Positions 8,659 through 17,278 of a stretch of DNA of 32,000 nt are shown in pieces; the first letter of the stretch is position 1; each line of letters opens with the position of its first letter. The translations under genes and the position numbers were made by a program. Origin of the DNA: Mycobacterium phage Rosebush. The notes under the pieces are model-generated. The model ran no database searches. It was not told where the DNA came from and worked only from the letters and a program-made list of their open reading frames with translations. The DNA lies in the sequence record NC_004684.1, one strand, 5' to 3'.

Positions 8659-9354
8659 GTGTCGATCAGCCGTCTGGGCGGTATCTCCCGCATTCACCGC
8701 AACGGCGTCGACCTGATCCAGGTCCGGCGCGGCTCCCAGCTGATCTGGTCGAGCAACATCCTCCTGGACACGTTCAACCGGGACGACGCCAACACGCTCG
8801 GTGAGCATTGGACCAGCACCGGAACCGGGTACAAGCTGGGCATTTCCAGCGGCGGTGCCCGCCTGGCGGTGCCCGACGGCCTGGTGGCCCTGGCGCTCAA
8901 CACCGATTACGCGCGGTTCAACGCCGCCACGCTGGACAGCGACGACTACGACCTGGAGATCGTGGTTGGGTCGAAAGGTGCCAGCGACTCCATCACCGGC
9001 ACCAAGCACCGCACCGAGGTGTTCGCGCGCGGGTCCAACACCGGCGTCACGCACGGCGTCGGTATCGACCTCTACGGCTCGGCGGTGTCCATTGTGCGCC
9101 GGGTGGCCAGCGTCAACACGATCATGAAGGCCGGTGGTGCCTACGCACCCGGTGACCGGGTACGCCTGCGCGGGGTCGGCAACCTGCACAACCTCTACGT
9201 CAACGGCGAGTTCCGGGTGCAATGGGATGACTCCAGCGGCACCGCCCAGAAGGGGTCGGGGTACCGCTCGCTGATCTTGCGCGCCGACGGGTCCAAGGAC
9301 TTGCTTGGACCACGCCGGTTCAGCGCCTCTATCGACTCGGTGCAGCTCGCCTAA
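8659..9354 (+). CDS. Minor tail protein, beta-sandwich-like domain
   Basis: GTG start abutting previous stop; LLDTFNRDDANTLGEHWT...APGDRVRLRGVGNLHNLYVNGEFRVQWDD resembles the C-terminus of the 88..2808 product. Confidence 0.8.
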   Translation: MSISRLGGISRIHRNGVDLIQVRRGSQLIWSSNILLDTFNRDDANTLGEHWTSTGTGYKLGISSGGARLAVPDGLVALALNTDYARFNAATLDSDDYDLEIVVGSKGASDSITGTKHRTEVFARGSNTGVTHGVGIDLYGSAVSIVRRVASVNTIMKAGGAYAPGDRVRLRGVGNLHNLYVNGEFRVQWDDSSGTAQKGSGYRSLILRADGSKDLLGPRRFSASIDSVQLA

Positions 9355-9557
9355 CGAGCGCCCCAGTTGCCGCGCCCAGGCCGGTTGGCCGCCCACTCGT
9401 CAATGGTGTCGGGGAACCAGCCCTTGTACGGCCCGATCACCGCGTCGGGTGTCGGCAGTTTGATACGCGACAAGGACCGTGGCCCCAGGCCGAGGCGTGC
9501 GGCTACCTCGGCTCGTGACAGGTACACCACGGTCTTGCGCTGCTTCTCCTTGGCCAT
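9351..9557 (-). CDS. Small HTH DNA-binding protein (excise / MerR-like fold)
   Basis: MAKEKQRKTVVYLSRAEVAARLGLGPRSLSRIKLPTPDAVIGPYKGWFPDTIDEWAANRPG; typical winged-HTH excisionase-like pattern. Confidence 0.7.
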   Translation of the reverse strand: MAKEKQRKTVVYLSRAEVAARLGLGPRSLSRIKLPTPDAVIGPYKGWFPDTIDEWAANRPGRGNWGAR

Positions 9558-9587
9558 GCACGGGATAATACCGCCGTGCGTGCAGGC

Positions 9588-9977
9588 CTAATCCTCGCCG
9601 GACAGCACCGGACGGATCAGGCCGCCCTCAACAGCTGCTCGGGCCACCACGCAGCGCTCCCACTCCTGGCGGGGGTCGCGCGGCACGGTCACCTCCAGGT
9701 ACCGGCCTCCGCGTGCCTCGTGCTCGCGCTCGGCCGCCGAGATGACCGAGTCCACCTCGCTGTCGAACTTGTCCACCAGGGTGTCCACCGTGGTCATGAG
9801 ACCGGGTGGCATGGCGTCCTGGCCGTTCTCGATGCGCTGGTAGCTGCGCCGGTCCATGTCGGACAGGTGCTTGGCCATACCGCGCTGGCTGAGTCCGATG
9901 TACAGGCGCTTGGCGCGCATCAGCTCGCCCAGGCCGTCGGTGTAGTCGGCGGGTTCTTTGGTCGTTGTGTCGGTCAT
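9588..9977 (-). CDS. XRE/Cro-like HTH transcriptional regulator
   Basis: LGELMRAKRLYIGLSQRGMAKHLSDMDRRSYQRIENGQDAMPPGLMTTVDTLVDKF. Confidence 0.75.
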   Translation of the reverse strand: MTDTTTKEPADYTDGLGELMRAKRLYIGLSQRGMAKHLSDMDRRSYQRIENGQDAMPPGLMTTVDTLVDKFDSEVDSVISAAEREHEARGGRYLEVTVPRDPRQEWERCVVARAAVEGGLIRPVLSGED

Positions 9978-10051
9978 GACGTCCTCCTGTGGTTATGGCG
10001 GTGCCCGGAGCGCCATCCCCTGCGCTCCGGGCACCTGGTCGGTGTGGTGGC

Positions 10052-10816
10052 TTACCAGCCTGCGTTAGCGGCGCAGACCGGGCCGATCCCCCTCGCACGG
10101 CTCTCGTCGTTGGTCAGCGTGCGGTCGCAGATACCGCAGCGGCCGATCTCGTGGCCGTAGCGGGCGCTGGCGGCCTCGGCACCGACCTCGGCGATCCTGT
10201 TCAGGACGGCCTTGCTGGCGGCGAAGCTCATGCGCTGCTCGCTGTCGCTGACCAGGAGCTTGACGAACACGTACCCGGCCCACTTGCCGGTCTCGGGGCG
10301 GTCGACCTTGTAGAAGGCCACCCCGTTGACCGCGCCGTCGTTGGTGTCGATGGCGTAGCGCCCGGCAGGCACGACCTCGGCGCTGGGCAGGTCGCTGGCG
10401 GCGGCCTTGGCCTTGGGGGCCTCGGCGGTGGCGGCCTTCGGCAGGCCGGTCAGCCACTCGATCATCTTGGACGCACCGGCCTTGGTCAGCGGTGCCCAGG
10501 CGGCCGCCTGCTCGGGGGTCTCGGCGGTCTGCGCCGAGTGCGCCAGCACCTGGTTGACGCGCACGCCCAGGTTGTCGGCGGTGGCGACCTCCGCGACCTC
10601 CAGGAGCTGGGCGAAGCCCTCGGTGATCTCCGGGTCGGTGGTGGTCAGCACGTCCAGCACCACGTTGATCACCGCCGCGCGGCCGACGAACTTGGGGGCC
10701 TGGCCCCGCCAGTCGCGCTCGGCCAGCAAGGTGGCGACGAACTTCAGCTGGGCGGCGGTGGCCGGGACGACCAGCGCGGCGGGGGCGGTGGCGGTGGTGT
10801 TGAAGGGAGTGCTCAT
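10052..10816 (-). CDS. Hypothetical protein with C-terminal Cys-rich (zinc) motif
   Basis: C-terminus YGHEIGRCGICDRTLTNDESRARGIGPVCAANAGW; start ATG 10816 preceded by gagaaagga leader. Confidence 0.8.
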   Translation of the reverse strand: MSTPFNTTATAPAALVVPATAAQLKFVATLLAERDWRGQAPKFVGRAAVINVVLDVLTTTDPEITEGFAQLLEVAEVATADNLGVRVNQVLAHSAQTAETPEQAAAWAPLTKAGASKMIEWLTGLPKAATAEAPKAKAAASDLPSAEVVPAGRYAIDTNDGAVNGVAFYKVDRPETGKWAGYVFVKLLVSDSEQRMSFAASKAVLNRIAEVGAEAASARYGHEIGRCGICDRTLTNDESRARGIGPVCAANAGW

Positions 10817-10824
10817 GGTGTCGG

Positions 10825-10893
10825 TCCTTTCTCAGGTGGCGGGTCCGTCCCGCCGTACAACGCACATATTACGGCACGCATGGCTGCATTGTC
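10825..10893 (-). promoter_or_regulatory. Operator/promoter cassette A plus 5' hairpin leader
   Basis: Minus strand: GAGACA-N18-TAATAT; inverted repeat catattac(10865-10872)-N13-gcattgtc(10886-10893); hairpin ggcggg-tccgt-cccgcc 10838..10854. Confidence 0.6.
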
Positions 10894-10911
10894 TCCTGAT
10901 ACGTTGACGCC

Positions 10912-12423
10912 GTGGCGCTAGGAATGACTCTGGAGAACGGATGGCCCGAGTGCGACCTGGCCGATTGCGACTACGCGACGATTCCGGGCACGCCGCTGCG
11001 GCTGCCGTTCCAGCGCGGTATCCCGTTCATCATCTTGCAGGCCTTTCTGCGTGACCTGAACGATTTCATCGAGCCTGCCGACAACGCACGGCACTACACC
11101 GACGAAGGCAGCTGGACCGAGGACAACTCGGTGTACACCTCGAACCACAAGGGCGCGACGGCCTTCGACTACAACTGGTCTGATCATCCTCTGGGGTACG
11201 CCGCGCCGGACCCGCGCGCGGGGTGGAACGGGTCGGTGCTGATCAAAGGCGACCAGACGCCAGCGGTGCGCGAGCTGCTGGCCTGGTACACCTTTGAAGG
11301 CCTCCAGCTGGTGTGGTGGGGCAACGACTGGAACTCGCCCAAGGACTCGATGCACTTCCAGATGGGCTACGGCACCGCGACCGCCGACGGCCGGGCCAAG
11401 GCCACCCGGTTCATCGACCGATTCATCCGGGCCGATGGCTATTCGACCTACCGTCGCGGTGGCGTCCCCCGTGGCGGTGGTGCGGCGGTGCCGCCGGTGT
11501 CAGTGGGGCTGACCCCGGCGGTGCTGGCCAAGGTGATGGACAACCGGGTGTCCATGGCCCGCTACGAGGCCCTGGCACCGCAGCTCATCTCTGCCTTCCA
11601 CCTGGCCGGGTGCGACACCTTGCTTCGGCGGCGGCATTTCCTGGCGCAGGTCGGCCACGAGTCCGGCGGCCTGAAATACCAGGAGGAGATCGCCTCCGGT
11701 GCGGCGTACGAAGGCCGGGCCGACCTCGGCAACACCCAGCGCGGCGACGGCGTGCGGTTCAAGGGACGCGACTTCATCCAGATCACCGGGCGGTCCAACT
11801 ACACCCGGTTGAGCCAGTGGGCGTACGGACGCGGCCAGGTGCCGACGCCGACGTTCTTCGTGGACCACCCGGAGGCGCTGGCCACCGACGCGTACGCGTT
11901 CCTCGGCGTGGTCTGGTACTGGACGCAGGCCCGCGACATGAACGCGCTGGCCGACCGCGACGACATCGTGGCCGTGACCAAGGCGGTCAACGGCGGCACC
12001 AACGGCCTGGAGGACCGCAAGGCGTTCTATGCCCGCGCGGTGGCCGCTGGCGACAACCTCCTGGATCCCGTACCGACCGACGAATGGGAGGCCCTGATGG
12101 CCGACGGGCAGAAAGACCAGTCACGGTCGATCTACCGCACCGACAACAACCGAGTGTTCACCGCGCGCGACATGGTGTTCAACGCCGACGCCACCACGCA
12201 CGGCCTATGGGTCGAGAGCGCCGCACTGCGCGGTGAGCAGTGGGCCGTGGAGCTGGTGGCCGACGTGGCCGCCGGTGTCGGCACCGGCGCGAAGACGTGG
12301 TGGGACGCGAGCAAGACCGACACCTGGGCAATCCAGCACGCCCAGCAGGTGCTTCGGGTTATCGAGGCCACCAACCCGGCCGCCCTGGCCACCTACATCG
12401 CCAACCGGAAAGGCAGCAACTGA
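10912..12423 (+). CDS. lysA: Endolysin (lysin A): VanY/M15-like peptidase domain plus GH19 chitinase-like domain
   Basis: SNHKGATAFDYNWSDH...MHFQMG (M15-type) and HFLAQVGHESGGLKYQEE...RFKGRDFIQITGRSNYTRLSQW (GH19-type). Confidence 0.88.
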   Translation: MALGMTLENGWPECDLADCDYATIPGTPLRLPFQRGIPFIILQAFLRDLNDFIEPADNARHYTDEGSWTEDNSVYTSNHKGATAFDYNWSDHPLGYAAPDPRAGWNGSVLIKGDQTPAVRELLAWYTFEGLQLVWWGNDWNSPKDSMHFQMGYGTATADGRAKATRFIDRFIRADGYSTYRRGGVPRGGGAAVPPVSVGLTPAVLAKVMDNRVSMARYEALAPQLISAFHLAGCDTLLRRRHFLAQVGHESGGLKYQEEIASGAAYEGRADLGNTQRGDGVRFKGRDFIQITGRSNYTRLSQWAYGRGQVPTPTFFVDHPEALATDAYAFLGVVWYWTQARDMNALADRDDIVAVTKAVNGGTNGLEDRKAFYARAVAAGDNLLDPVPTDEWEALMADGQKDQSRSIYRTDNNRVFTARDMVFNADATTHGLWVESAALRGEQWAVELVADVAAGVGTGAKTWWDASKTDTWAIQHAQQVLRVIEATNPAALATYIANRKGSN

Positions 12424-12959
12424 TGGCAGAGACAATCGGCCCCGCCGACCCCAACGCGCCGACGCGGGCCAAGGTATGGGCAGGACTGGCGGTCATCGCG
12501 CCGCTACTGTCGTTCCTGGCCACCTTCGGCATCCTGTCCAACGACCAGGCCAACGCGATCAACGGCGCGCTCACCGCCGTGGTCGGCGTGCTGACGGCGT
12601 TCGGCTTCGGCGTGGCCGCCAAGAAGACCAGCGAGCAGGTCAAGAACGGCACCTTCGACCCGGCACCTCCCCCGCCGCCGCCGGTGCTGGTGCCGCCAGC
12701 GATGAGCGCGGTGGAGGGCATCACGGCGGTGGCCAACCAGTTCAACGATCTGGTCACCGGCGTGACCTCCGGTGTGAAGCATGTCCAGGACGTGGTTGGC
12801 GGCCTGGCCGGTGCGATCCCCGGTTTGAGCGGCCTGCCGGGCCTCCAGGGCCTTGATCCCAACTCGCTGGCCGCTCAGGCCGCACAACTCGCATACGAGC
12901 GCGGTGGGGCCAACCAGGCCGCCGCACGCCCGGCCTCTGGCACCGAGACCGCCACCTGA
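12423..12959 (+). CDS. Holin-like membrane protein with long Pro/Gly/Ala C-terminal extension
   Basis: ATG overlaps lysin stop; two hydrophobic segments LAVIAPLLSFLATFGIL and INGALTAVVGVLTAFGFGVA followed by charged tail. Confidence 0.75.
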   Translation: MAETIGPADPNAPTRAKVWAGLAVIAPLLSFLATFGILSNDQANAINGALTAVVGVLTAFGFGVAAKKTSEQVKNGTFDPAPPPPPPVLVPPAMSAVEGITAVANQFNDLVTGVTSGVKHVQDVVGGLAGAIPGLSGLPGLQGLDPNSLAAQAAQLAYERGGANQAAARPASGTETAT

Positions 12960-13029
12960 CGACGAACGCCGCCAGGTGATACCCTGACGGCGCTTGTGGC
13001 TGCTGTGGTTGTGGCCGGGGAGACAAGTA

Positions 13030-13063
13030 CAACGCCCCCACCTCACTGGAGGTGGGGGCGTTG
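13030..13063. terminator. Strong bidirectional stem-loop terminator between convergent genes
   Basis: caacgcccccacctc-actg-gaggtgggggcgttg, 15-bp perfect stem, 4-nt loop, followed by ctttg; sits between + gene end (12959) and - gene end (13076). Confidence 0.8.
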
Positions 13064-13075
13064 CTTTGTGCCCGG

Positions 13076-13618
13076 TCAGAGGGTGTTGGTCTTCAACCAG
13101 TTGCGGGCGGCGACCACGTCCTCGTCGGTGTAGGCGACGAAGATCCAGGCCGGGTCGTTGCCGTCACCCTTGTCGCGCGACTTGCCCAGGCGGGCCAGGA
13201 TGTACGGGTTGGCCTTCTGCTCCAGAATCTTGATCAGCTCGCGCTTCAAGGCCTGCTGGAACACCAGCATGTCCTTGATCTTCTCGCCAGCGCGCGGGCC
13301 GGAGAGCACGGCCATGTCGCCGCGCACCACGTCCTTGGCGATGCCGCGCGAGGTCTTCATCTCGGGGATGACCTCGGTGGGCTTGAACAGGAACAGCTCG
13401 CCCTCGAACTGCGTGATCTTCTCCCCGGAAATGCCCGACGGCCCGGAGAACGGGTCGCCGCCGCCGAACCCGAGGCCCGGCGAGGCCGAGGTCGGTGCGG
13501 CGGGCGCGGCAGCAGGTGCGGCGGCAGCAGGTGCGGCGGGCGCAGCGGCAGCAGGTGCAGCGGCAGGGGCGGGAGCGGTGGCTGCGCCACCTCCGAACGG
13601 TGAGGTACCGGCCATGAT
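13076..13618 (-). CDS. Replication-region protein with Ala/Pro-rich linker (possible ssDNA-binding/accessory protein)
   Basis: MAGTSPFGGGAATAPAPAAAP...; AAGGAG RBS upstream; conserved-looking domain FEGELFLFKPTEVIPEMKTSRGIAKDVVRGDMAVLSG. Confidence 0.7.
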   Translation of the reverse strand: MMAGTSPFGGGAATAPAPAAAPAAAAPAAPAAAAPAAAPAAPTSASPGLGFGGGDPFSGPSGISGEKITQFEGELFLFKPTEVIPEMKTSRGIAKDVVRGDMAVLSGPRAGEKIKDMLVFQQALKRELIKILEQKANPYILARLGKSRDKGDGNDPAWIFVAYTDEDVVAARNWLKTNTL

Positions 13619-13629
13619 GGTGTTACTCC

Positions 13630-14997
13630 TTAAACGGTGGGTGTTGCGGTTGCGGTGAACAGCCCGGCCACGGTGTGGCCGAGCGCGGTGAGTTCGTCGG
13701 ACCAAACGTCCTGGAACTCAGCCCACACGGCGTCGAGGTCCGACACCGCCTGGGCAGCTTGGATGCGCTGGTATGCCTGGACATAGCGCAGCGCCTCGGC
13801 TGACGGTACCGGCGTGGTCAGGCCGGGTACGTCGTGCTTGGCGTTCTTACGGTGGTGGCGCGCGCGCAGCGAGGTCGCCAGGTACTCGTCCCCGCACGAC
13901 AGGCGCATCGGCAGCATGTGCGCCATGTTCGGCGCATCGCTGGGCAGGTGGATGAGCACGGCCATCTCCTGGTTGATGGCGGGCATTGGCTCCCAGGTCT
14001 CGCCGTCGAGGCCGAGCATCAGCCGTGCGCGGGCGTACCCGGCCAGCTGCGTTGGCCAGGTCATCCACGACCATTTGACATTGTCGGCCTTGCTGGTCTT
14101 GAGGTCGCCCAGGTACAGCTCGCCGGTGGTGACGCACATGTAAATGCGGTCCAGCGTGCCGACCACGCGCTCCTCGCCCGCGTCGTTGAGCACCAGGCGC
14201 TCGCAATACTGCGGCACGGCGATGAACCCGGCGCGCGCCAGCACCTCGCGGTACTTGTCGACCCAGGGCCGGAACATTTCGGGCACCTGCTCCAGCGTGA
14301 CCATGGCGCAGTCGACGGCGGCACACCACTCGTGCACGGCGTCGCCGAACTCGGCACTGTTCTTGCCGCCGTTGAAGGCGTCAATGCGCTCGATGAGGTC
14401 GTTGACGGTGGACCCGTTGCCCTTGTCAATCGCCTCGCGCAACTCGCGCAGCATCGACACGGCCACCTCGTTGGCGTCCGGCCCGGTGGCGTAGTCGACC
14501 AGCTTGAGCACGCTGGCCACCTGCGTGCGCGTGGACCACCGGGACAGGTTGTACGTGTCGTCCAGCGTCTTGGCCGCCGTGGTGGCCCGGACGAACCCGG
14601 TCGGCAGGCCGGTGATCGGGTCAGGCAGGACGTAGTGGCCATACTGGTTGAACTTGTTCACCGGACGCGGGAGCGCCGGGGGGAGCGGGTACTCGGCCCA
14701 CTGCGTCACCCGCTGCTGCGGCGGCGCGATGCCGATGTCGCTGGCGTCGACTGTCACTGGGGGTTCCTCCTGCGGTGGTTGTGTTTTCGGTCGGTATAGG
14801 CCGTGCATCGTGTACCGGCGACCGTCGGGGCCCCGCCACGAGTCTGTGAGTGCGTCGTAGTTGTAGTCCGGGTGGGCGAGCAGCGGGTTGGCGGTCCATC
14901 CCCACTGCTCGATACCCATGCCGGGGTCGCGCACCGGACGGAACCAGGTGGCACCGTTGGCGTCGGTGCGCGCCGGGTAGTCGGTGGCGACGCTCAT
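13630..14997 (-). CDS. PD-(D/E)XK exonuclease, Cas4/RecB-like
   Basis: GTLDRIYMCVTTGELYLGDLKTSKADNVKWSMWTWPTQLAGYARARLML: GxxDR..GDLKTxK..Q..GY nuclease motifs. Confidence 0.8.
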   Translation of the reverse strand: MSVATDYPARTDANGATWFRPVRDPGMGIEQWGWTANPLLAHPDYNYDALTDSWRGPDGRRYTMHGLYRPKTQPPQEEPPVTVDASDIGIAPPQQRVTQWAEYPLPPALPRPVNKFNQYGHYVLPDPITGLPTGFVRATTAAKTLDDTYNLSRWSTRTQVASVLKLVDYATGPDANEVAVSMLRELREAIDKGNGSTVNDLIERIDAFNGGKNSAEFGDAVHEWCAAVDCAMVTLEQVPEMFRPWVDKYREVLARAGFIAVPQYCERLVLNDAGEERVVGTLDRIYMCVTTGELYLGDLKTSKADNVKWSWMTWPTQLAGYARARLMLGLDGETWEPMPAINQEMAVLIHLPSDAPNMAHMLPMRLSCGDEYLATSLRARHHRKNAKHDVPGLTTPVPSAEALRYVQAYQRIQAAQAVSDLDAVWAEFQDVWSDELTALGHTVAGLFTATATPTV

Positions 14998-16709
14998 GAC
15001 ATGTGCCCGTCAAGGACGCGCGACGCCAGCGCGATGCTGATTTCATCGCTCAGGCGGGCCTTGGTCATGCCGTCGGCACCGACGATGCCGAGGTTGTGCG
15101 CGAACGTCACCTGCTTATCGCTCGGCTTCTGGTTGCGCCGCCAGGAGGCCGACTTGTCGTTGAAGGTGAACCGGTCGCTCTCGTACACCCAGGCCTCGGC
15201 GAAGTCGACGGCGTCCTCCAGGTCCATGAAGTCGGCCACCACCCCGCCGCGCTCCAGCGGCAGCGCGTCCATGCGGCGCTTGGTGCTGGTCAGGCCCGGC
15301 AGCCAGCGCTGGTCGCGGCCCTTGCGTCCGGTTTCCGGCCACAGGAACACCAGCCAGCCGTCGCTGCCGTTGATGAACGGCACACCGGCGGGGGTCTCCA
15401 GCCACAGCGTGTCCGAGTTGGCCAGCAGGTCGATGCTGACCAGCTCCACCGGACCCTGGCGCACCACCTTGGCCTCGGTGTCGCCGCCGCTCATGGCGTC
15501 ATCCACCAGGCCGCAGACGCACTCGGTGACGTAGAGGTCGCACGTCGGGCATACCGCGATGGCCTGGCCCTGCTCATCCACCTCTTCGACCGGCGCACCG
15601 GGGGACAGGTCGGTGAGGTTGACCAACTTCATCGCGCGGGTGGAGCCGGACAGGTCCAGCACCAGCGCGTCGGTCTTGCCGGGGAACAGGCGCAGCGCGC
15701 GGCCGACCATCTGCGCGTAGAGGTTTTTTGACCGGGTAGGCCGAGCCATGACCACGGTGTCGCACATCGGGAAGTCGGCACCTTCGGTCAGCACCATGAC
15801 CGTGACCAGGTTCTTGGTCACGCCGGTGCGGTACCGGTCGTAGACCTGTTCGCGCTCGGCGTGCGGCATTGACCCGGTGACGGCCTCGGCGGTCATGCCG
15901 CGCTCGTTGATGGCGTCGGCGATCATGTGCGCGCCGTCCACGCTGGCGGCGAACACGATGTTGGTGCGCTCGCGGGCATGCAGTTCGATGGCGTCCACCA
16001 CGTACTCGACGGCGGCCTCCATGACCTCGGCCAGTTCGTCGTTTTTGAAGTCACCGGCCACGGTGCGCACGTCGTCCAGCTTGTCCAGGTTCTTGATGCG
16101 CACGGTCTTGCCGCGCGGCTGGACCAGGAACCCGTGCTTGATGGCCCAGCGCAGGTCCTTCTCGTAGCTGACCTTCTGGATCACATCGCCCAGGCCGATG
16201 GTGCCCTTCTCGTTGCGGTACATCGTGGCGGTGAACCCGCACAGGTAGGCGTGCGTATAGCCGCCCAGTTCCTCGAACGTGGCGTGGAAGCCTTCGGCAC
16301 CGGCGTGGTGGAACTCGTCCCACAGGATCACGTCGCGGCGGCCGAGCGCGTTGCGGCGCTTGGCGTGCGCCAGCGTCTGGAGGCTGGCGAACACGATGGG
16401 AGCGTGGTGGTCGTCGTGCTCGGCCATCACGATGCCGATGTCGCTGGCCGGGATGGTCGGGTCCACGGCCAGCATGTCCCGGCGCATCTGGAACAGCAGT
16501 TCGGCGCGGTGGGCCAGGGCCACCACGCGCTTGCCGCTGCGGTAGGCGTTGGAGGCCAGCTTGCCGATGACGGTGGACTTGCCTGCACCGGTCGGAAGAA
16601 CGACGCCGGTGCGCTTGGTGCCGGATTCCCAGTCGCGCTCGACGGCGGCGACGGCGGCGGTTTGGTACGAGCGCAGTTCGCGGGGTTCAGTCCCCACTGA
16701 TGCGGTCAC
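14994..16709 (-). CDS. SF2 DEAD/DEAH-like helicase
   Basis: VLPTGAGKSTVIG (Walker A), DVILWDEFHH (motif II), QMVGRALRLFPGKTDALVLDLSG (motif VI); GTG start after ggagacacc. Confidence 0.9.
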   Translation of the reverse strand: MTASVGTEPRELRSYQTAAVAAVERDWESGTKRTGVVLPTGAGKSTVIGKLASNAYRSGKRVVALAHRAELLFQMRRDMLAVDPTIPASDIGIVMAEHDDHHAPIVFASLQTLAHAKRRNALGRRDVILWDEFHHAGAEGFHATFEELGGYTHAYLCGFTATMYRNEKGTIGLGDVIQKVSYEKDLRWAIKHGFLVQPRGKTVRIKNLDKLDDVRTVAGDFKNDELAEVMEAAVEYVVDAIELHARERTNIVFAASVDGAHMIADAINERGMTAEAVTGSMPHAEREQVYDRYRTGVTKNLVTVMVLTEGADFPMCDTVVMARPTRSKNLYAQMVGRALRLFPGKTDALVLDLSGSTRAMKLVNLTDLSPGAPVEEVDEQGQAIAVCPTCDLYVTECVCGLVDDAMSGGDTEAKVVRQGPVELVSIDLLANSDTLWLETPAGVPFINGSDGWLVFLWPETGRKGRDQRWLPGLTSTKRRMDALPLERGGVVADFMDLEDAVDFAEAWVYESDRFTFNDKSASWRRNQKPSDKQVTFAHNLGIVGADGMTKARLSDEISIALASRVLDGHMS

Positions 16710-16775
16710 GGTGTCTCCTGTTGCGTTGGCGTTGCGGTGGCGGTGCGGTGGCGCGCCCTGTGCGAGCGCGCCACC

Positions 16776-16803
16776 GACATTACGTTGAGGCGGCGGTATT
16801 GTC
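16776..16803 (-). promoter_or_regulatory. Operator/promoter site E
   Basis: + strand gacattac-N12-gtattgtc; minus strand TGGACA-N17-TAATGT. Confidence 0.55.
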
Positions 16804-16941
16804 CAGCGTGCGGACGCAGGCGGCGCAGGAACCGTCGACCGTCCGGTCGTGGCGGTAGTCCCCGTGGCGTGCGCACACTGTCGGCAACCGGCGCTCAGCT
16901 GCGGCGTAGTAACCGCGCATGGTGGTGTATCCGCGCGACAT
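16780..16941 (-). CDS. 53-aa Cys/His-rich small protein not in the supplied ORF track
   Basis: MSRGYTTMRGYYAAAERRLPTVCARHGDYRHDRTVDGSCAACVRTLDNTAAST*, C-x2-H and C-x2-C; ATG 1 nt after the stop of the upstream gene (TGA C ATG). Confidence 0.55.
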   Translation of the reverse strand: MSRGYTTMRGYYAAAERRLPTVCARHGDYRHDRTVDGSCAACVRTLDNTAAST

Positions 16942-16942
16942 G

Positions 16943-17278
16943 TCAGCCGAGCACCCCGCCGCATCCCCCAGGACCGGCCAACGGCGGTGTGGGTGACCCG
17001 TTCGGGATGATGCAACGCAGCGGCTGCCACCAGTACCCGATGCGGAAGGTGTTCAACCGGGTGCCGTCGGGGAACGACTGGCCTTCGCAGTAGCCGCCCC
17101 ACCCGGAGGCCGACATGCCCGGCCCATTGCCAGGGCACCAGAACGGCGGTGCCGGGACGCGGGGGTCCGGCAGAGCGTGCGCCTCGGTGGCGTAGGCGGC
17201 CCCGGTGCCCAGGAGCACCGTAGCGGCGGCCAGGGCCGCCGCTGCGCGGCGAACGGTGCGGCGGTGGTAGGTATGCAT
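16943..17278 (-). CDS. Secreted / exported small protein
   Basis: N-terminal signal peptide MHTYHRRTVRRAAAALAAATVLLGTGAAYATEAHA followed by Cys-containing Gly/Pro-rich domain SGWGGYCEGQSFPDGTRLNTFRIGYWWQPLRC. Confidence 0.75.
   Translation of the reverse strand: MHTYHRRTVRRAAAALAAATVLLGTGAAYATEAHALPDPRVPAPPFWCPGNGPGMSASGWGGYCEGQSFPDGTRLNTFRIGYWWQPLRCIIPNGSPTPPLAGPGGCGGVLG

Noticed and set aside
13480-13610. GC-rich tandem repeat in the 13076-13618 gene as a regulatory repeat
   Set aside because: It simply encodes an Ala/Pro linker (APAPAAAPAAAAPAAPAAAAPAAAP); expected low-complexity coding sequence.
13630-14997. Cas4-like nuclease as evidence of a CRISPR-Cas system
   Set aside because: No repeat-spacer array or other cas genes; this PD-(D/E)XK family is a normal phage recombination/replication gene.
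16747-16775. Treating stem E as the same 5' hairpin leader as A-C
   Set aside because: The stem starts 1 nt from the -10 instead of 11 nt, so the full stem would not be present in RNA starting at the predicted TSS; recorded as a separate finding.
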